Positions 33,269 to 36,613 of a stretch of DNA of 36,613 nucleotides are shown piece after piece (within the stretch, counting starts at the first letter, position 1; each line of letters begins with the position of its first letter). Made by a program: the position numbers and the translations under genes. The DNA lies in the NCBI GenBank assembly GCA_964421365.1, contig CAYQXT010000001.1, positions 1 through 36,613 of the forward strand, read 5' to 3'. A model generated the notes under the pieces. It was not told where the DNA came from. It worked only from the letters and a program-made list of their open reading frames with translations, and ran no database searches. The DNA is from an uncultured Bacteroidaceae bacterium. GTDB lineage: Bacteria; Bacteroidota; Bacteroidia; Bacteroidales; DYOH01.

Positions 33269-34384
33269 TTATTGATTTGAAATAATTATTTTTTGTTCAG
33301 ATATTTCATTATCCACAATAACTTGTAAAATGTAGATTCCTGTTTTTAAATCGCTTACATTTATTGTCGTTTGATTGCCTGAAAAAGATATTTGTTTATT
33401 TACCACCTTCATTTTGTCCATGATACGAATTTTAATTGCTTTGTTTTGTATATTTTTGGGTATTTTATTCGCATCAATTTCAATTGTTAGAATATTTTTT
33501 GCCGGATTTGGATATGCCTTAAACATTCTTCCGCCTCCTCCTGAAGTAACATTTACAGTATCACCACCATTCATACTGTAGCCACATTCATTTTTTGTTT
33601 TCACTTTAAAATCCCCCAAGCCCAAACGTGCTGCTTCAATTGTAACACGATCTGCTGTTCCGCTAATCCAATCAATACTTCCTGATATTTCCCAAATATA
33701 TTGGGTCGGAAATCCACTGGCCGATCTTACTCTTATAGATTTGATTTCGCCAAGTGACATTTGAACTGTCGGATAGCCGTAAGGATCTGTTACCGGTTGA
33801 CCAGGTTTTCCTACCCAAATAGTTTTAATTATTGTTAAATTGCATCCATTATAACTAATATTTGCTTTTACCCAAGCGTTTTAGCTAATAGAACATTTTT
33901 TTGCTCTAACTTTGTACAAAGTTGTTCCTTGACCGCTTACATAAATAAGATTACTACTTTGCGTCCAAGTAATTGAAGTATTATTTGGTAGATTAGGTAA
34001 CGAAAAACTATAATTTCCAGAATAACAAACGGTATTACCATTTAATGCAGTAATATTACTTTCAGTTATACTTATATCATCAATAGTAAATTCAGACCAA
34101 TAATAATGATAAATTGTTTGCTTTGGATATATCCATAATTGACTATAATCTTTATTAGGAATAAAAGACAATGTTATTTTCTGCCAGCCTCCCGGAACTA
34201 AATTTTGTCCATGATAAATTACCATTGAATCTGTAAATGAAGGCCAAACATTATTGGCATCATAGAAATTTTCCAATCCGTTGGCTGCTACAATATAATA
34301 ATCACTCAAAGTTATATTATTTGTTGATGGGTTTCTTACCCAGGAATATGTTATAGTTAAGAGAATATATTTTTTTATTTTTAG
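33269..34384 (-). pseudogene. T9SS-cargo gene remnant (no start or signal peptide, in-frame stop)
   Basis: Track ORFs 33881-34309 and 33269-33760 are in the same frame, interrupted by a single TAA at 33881-33883. The frame opens right after the upstream gene's stop with no ATG. C-terminal T9SS tail AYPNPAKNILTIEI...TGIYILQV. Confidence 0.65.
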
Positions 34385-35052
34385 TTATTTTTCAAGTTGA
34401 ATGAATAATTAAATTGAATTCCGAAATACTGATTATAACATGGGATAAATATCATTGTTGTTTCAGGAATATTCCGATAGTTAAATGTGTATTGTTCCTT
34501 GAATAAAATATCAAGAATTAAATGTTCCGATATTCTTTTACCTATACTAATATTTAATGTTGTATATTCTGTAATATAATTTACCTCGCTACTACTGTAT
34601 TCTGTTAGTTCAACGGAATGTTCCACAAAAGAATTATGTGGACTAACGCCATAAGCATAATTATAGTCAATTATCAAAGACAGTCGGTAACTCTTGCCAA
34701 TGCTAAATTTAAGATAAGGGCCAAAACCAAGTTGTTTATGTTTTATTGTCCATTCTTCAAAAAGGATTCTGTCGGGTAAAATAATGTATTTTCCTTTACT
34801 ATGGTATTTATCATAATAATAATTTGTAGATAATCCCATACTGAAATGCGGAAATATATTATAACCTAACATTAAATTATTATTTAAGAATATCTTATCT
34901 TCAATTTCCGGTAATTCTCTTTGGTTTTTATCGTACCATCCACTAATACCATATTGTATTTCTATTTTTTTTATTTGAGATATAGCATTACCGTGGAAAA
35001 AAAATATAAAAAGAATGATTAATTTTATTTTGTTCGTTTTTGAGTATTTCAT
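34381..35052 (-). CDS. Small outer-membrane beta-barrel (porin-family-like) protein
   Basis: Signal peptide LIILFIFFFHGNAISQ, alternating aromatic strands and C-terminal ...FGIQFNYSF. Confidence 0.55.
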   Translation of the reverse strand: MKYSKTNKIKLIILFIFFFHGNAISQIKKIEIQYGISGWYDKNQRELPEIEDKIFLNNNLMLGYNIFPHFSMGLSTNYYYDKYHSKGKYIILPDRILFEEWTIKHKQLGFGPYLKFSIGKSYRLSLIIDYNYAYGVSPHNSFVEHSVELTEYSSSEVNYITEYTTLNISIGKRISEHLILDILFKEQYTFNYRNIPETTMIFIPCYNQYFGIQFNYSFNLKNN

Positions 35053-35384
35053 AAACTTAAAATTTTAATTAACTGTATTATAGCAATTTTTTTTCATTCC
35101 GCAAGTCATTGTATCAATCTACTAATAAACAGCAAGTTGTTAATTAAAGATTATCGTTTTTTTCAACCAATTTATACGATGACTATCATTTGGTTAAATA
35201 CCGACCTTCGGATTTAAGGATTTAAATGTTTCAATTTTGGTAGACTTTTGTTTTTCATTTTTAACCGCATTGTTTCTAACAGGTAAGTATAAAAATAGTA
35301 GCCGGCTGCGGGCACTTTCTTGTCAAAATACAAGAAAGTTGAAGCGGACTAAAACCCTTGTTACTACTATCTCGGCTATTATTT

Positions 35385-36509
35385 TTATACATTGTTACCG
35401 CCAGGTATTTCTTTTAATTCATAATTTGTACTTCTTCCTCCGCTTGATTCTTTTTGTAAAATATCTTTTTCTATTAAATCCTGAATATCTCTTAGTGCTG
35501 TATCTTGTGAACATTTACATATCTTTCCCCACTTAGATGTCGTTAATTTACCTGTAAATCCATCTAAAAGCCTATTCAACATTTTTTGTTGGCGTTCATT
35601 TATAATTGTCTTTGAGTGGATTTTCCAAAAATCAGCCTTTTGTAGAATCTTCGCTAATGCGTCTGTTGTAGAATAAAAAGCATTATCCAAACACTCTAAA
35701 AACCATAAAATCCATTCTGTTATTTCAGAACTTCCTTTTTGTGTTTTCTCTAACTTCTCATAGTATTGTTTTCTCTCCAATCTTATTTGAGAAGACATAC
35801 TGTAAAATCTTTTAACACTGTCGTCTGAGCGAGCAAGAAGCATTTCTGTAATAGCCCTTGTTATTCTTCCATTTCCATCTTCAAACGGATGGATTGTTAC
35901 AAACCATAAATGGGAAACTGCAGCTTTTAAAACAGGATCAACTGTTGTTTCTTTTTCAACCCAATTAATAAACTTTCGCATTTCATCTTCAATTCTATCC
36001 GAATCAGGAGCTTGATAATGAACTTTTTCTTTACCCATAGGACCAGATACCACTTGCATTGGTCCTGTTGTGTCTTTCCGCCAATCAGCTACAGTAATTT
36101 TATACATATTACTCCACCCTGTTGGAAAAAGAGCAGAATGCCAACCAAAAAGTCTTTCTTTGGTTAATGGTAATTGATAACGCTGTGTTGCATCAAGCAT
36201 CATCTCAACAATACCGTCAATATGCCGTTCTGATTCAATTGCTCCAGCAAGTTCTATTCCAAGCCTTCTTGCTATTGATGAACGAACTTGTTCTAAATCA
36301 AGAACCTCTCCTTCTATTTCTGATGATTTTACAATTTCAATTGTCAAAGTGTTTAAAACAGCCTCATCTTGCAAGTCAAACCCTAAAGATTCCATTTTTC
36401 CCAATAAACGACCTTGCAAATTTCTTGTTTCAGCTAATTTTAAAGACACTTGCTTTTCGTCCCAAACAAAATCTGTCCAATTATCATTTTCGTGTATGTA
36501 TAATTTCAT
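35385..36509 (-). CDS. Fic-family protein (class II arrangement) with C-terminal winged-helix-like domain
   Basis: Intact Fic motif HPFEDGNGRITR. N-terminal inhibitory-helix motif SSEIEG fits (S/T)xxxE(G/N). The start could be 36518 (MRRM) or 36509 (MKLY). Confidence 0.85.
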   Translation of the reverse strand: MKLYIHENDNWTDFVWDEKQVSLKLAETRNLQGRLLGKMESLGFDLQDEAVLNTLTIEIVKSSEIEGEVLDLEQVRSSIARRLGIELAGAIESERHIDGIVEMMLDATQRYQLPLTKERLFGWHSALFPTGWSNMYKITVADWRKDTTGPMQVVSGPMGKEKVHYQAPDSDRIEDEMRKFINWVEKETTVDPVLKAAVSHLWFVTIHPFEDGNGRITRAITEMLLARSDDSVKRFYSMSSQIRLERKQYYEKLEKTQKGSSEITEWILWFLECLDNAFYSTTDALAKILQKADFWKIHSKTIINERQQKMLNRLLDGFTGKLTTSKWGKICKCSQDTALRDIQDLIEKDILQKESSGGRSTNYELKEIPGGNNV

Positions 36510-36585
36510 TCTCCGCATAATTTACTGCAAATATAATATTTTTTCTCCGCAAATAATCTTGCGAATAAAGTGGCTTTTCTCCGCA
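36509..36585 (-). promoter_or_regulatory. Three phased direct repeats TTGCGGAGAA upstream of and overlapping the fic start
   Basis: Plus-strand ttctccgca occurs at 36509-36517, 36543-36551 and 36577-36585, an exact 34-bp spacing. Confidence 0.5.
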
Positions 36586-36613
36586 ACTGTTGTTTTTTGC
36601 TTGGCGGTAACGG

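Overview
This is an AT-rich window that looks like Bacteroidota: T9SS C-terminal sorting tails, Y_Y_Y/propeller sensors, A-rich leaders without Shine-Dalgarno sites, and a Bacteroid-type trp leader. All calls rest on motifs read by eye; no database search was possible. Housekeeping genes include folC, a PIN-PhoH ATPase, coaE, a YbbR-like gene, a DjlA-like J-protein, trpB, a TlpA-like thioredoxin, a GH13 amylase and an OmpA/PD40 protein. These are interleaved with accessory and decaying material. That material includes a 129-bp MITE family with at least 6 copies, a 107-nt element found 3' of three genes, and AT-rich motif mosaics. It also includes a broken hybrid histidine kinase, an IS30 transposase remnant beside iteron-like repeats, a dead T9SS-cargo gene and a Fic gene. 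The standout is a 1302-aa ORF (16749-20657, minus strand). It has a nucleoside-deoxyribosyltransferase-like head, three tandem TIR modules that each keep the catalytic-position Glu, one transmembrane helix, a coiled coil and a C-terminal WD40-type propeller. This gives a Toll-like-receptor-shaped topology, with a sensor predicted outside and TIR effectors inside. A co-oriented outer-membrane barrel gene and a lipoprotein gene follow it. I consider this the best candidate for an undescribed signalling or defence system. A classical Trp-codon leader peptide with terminator and antiterminator sits in front of an orphan trpB.
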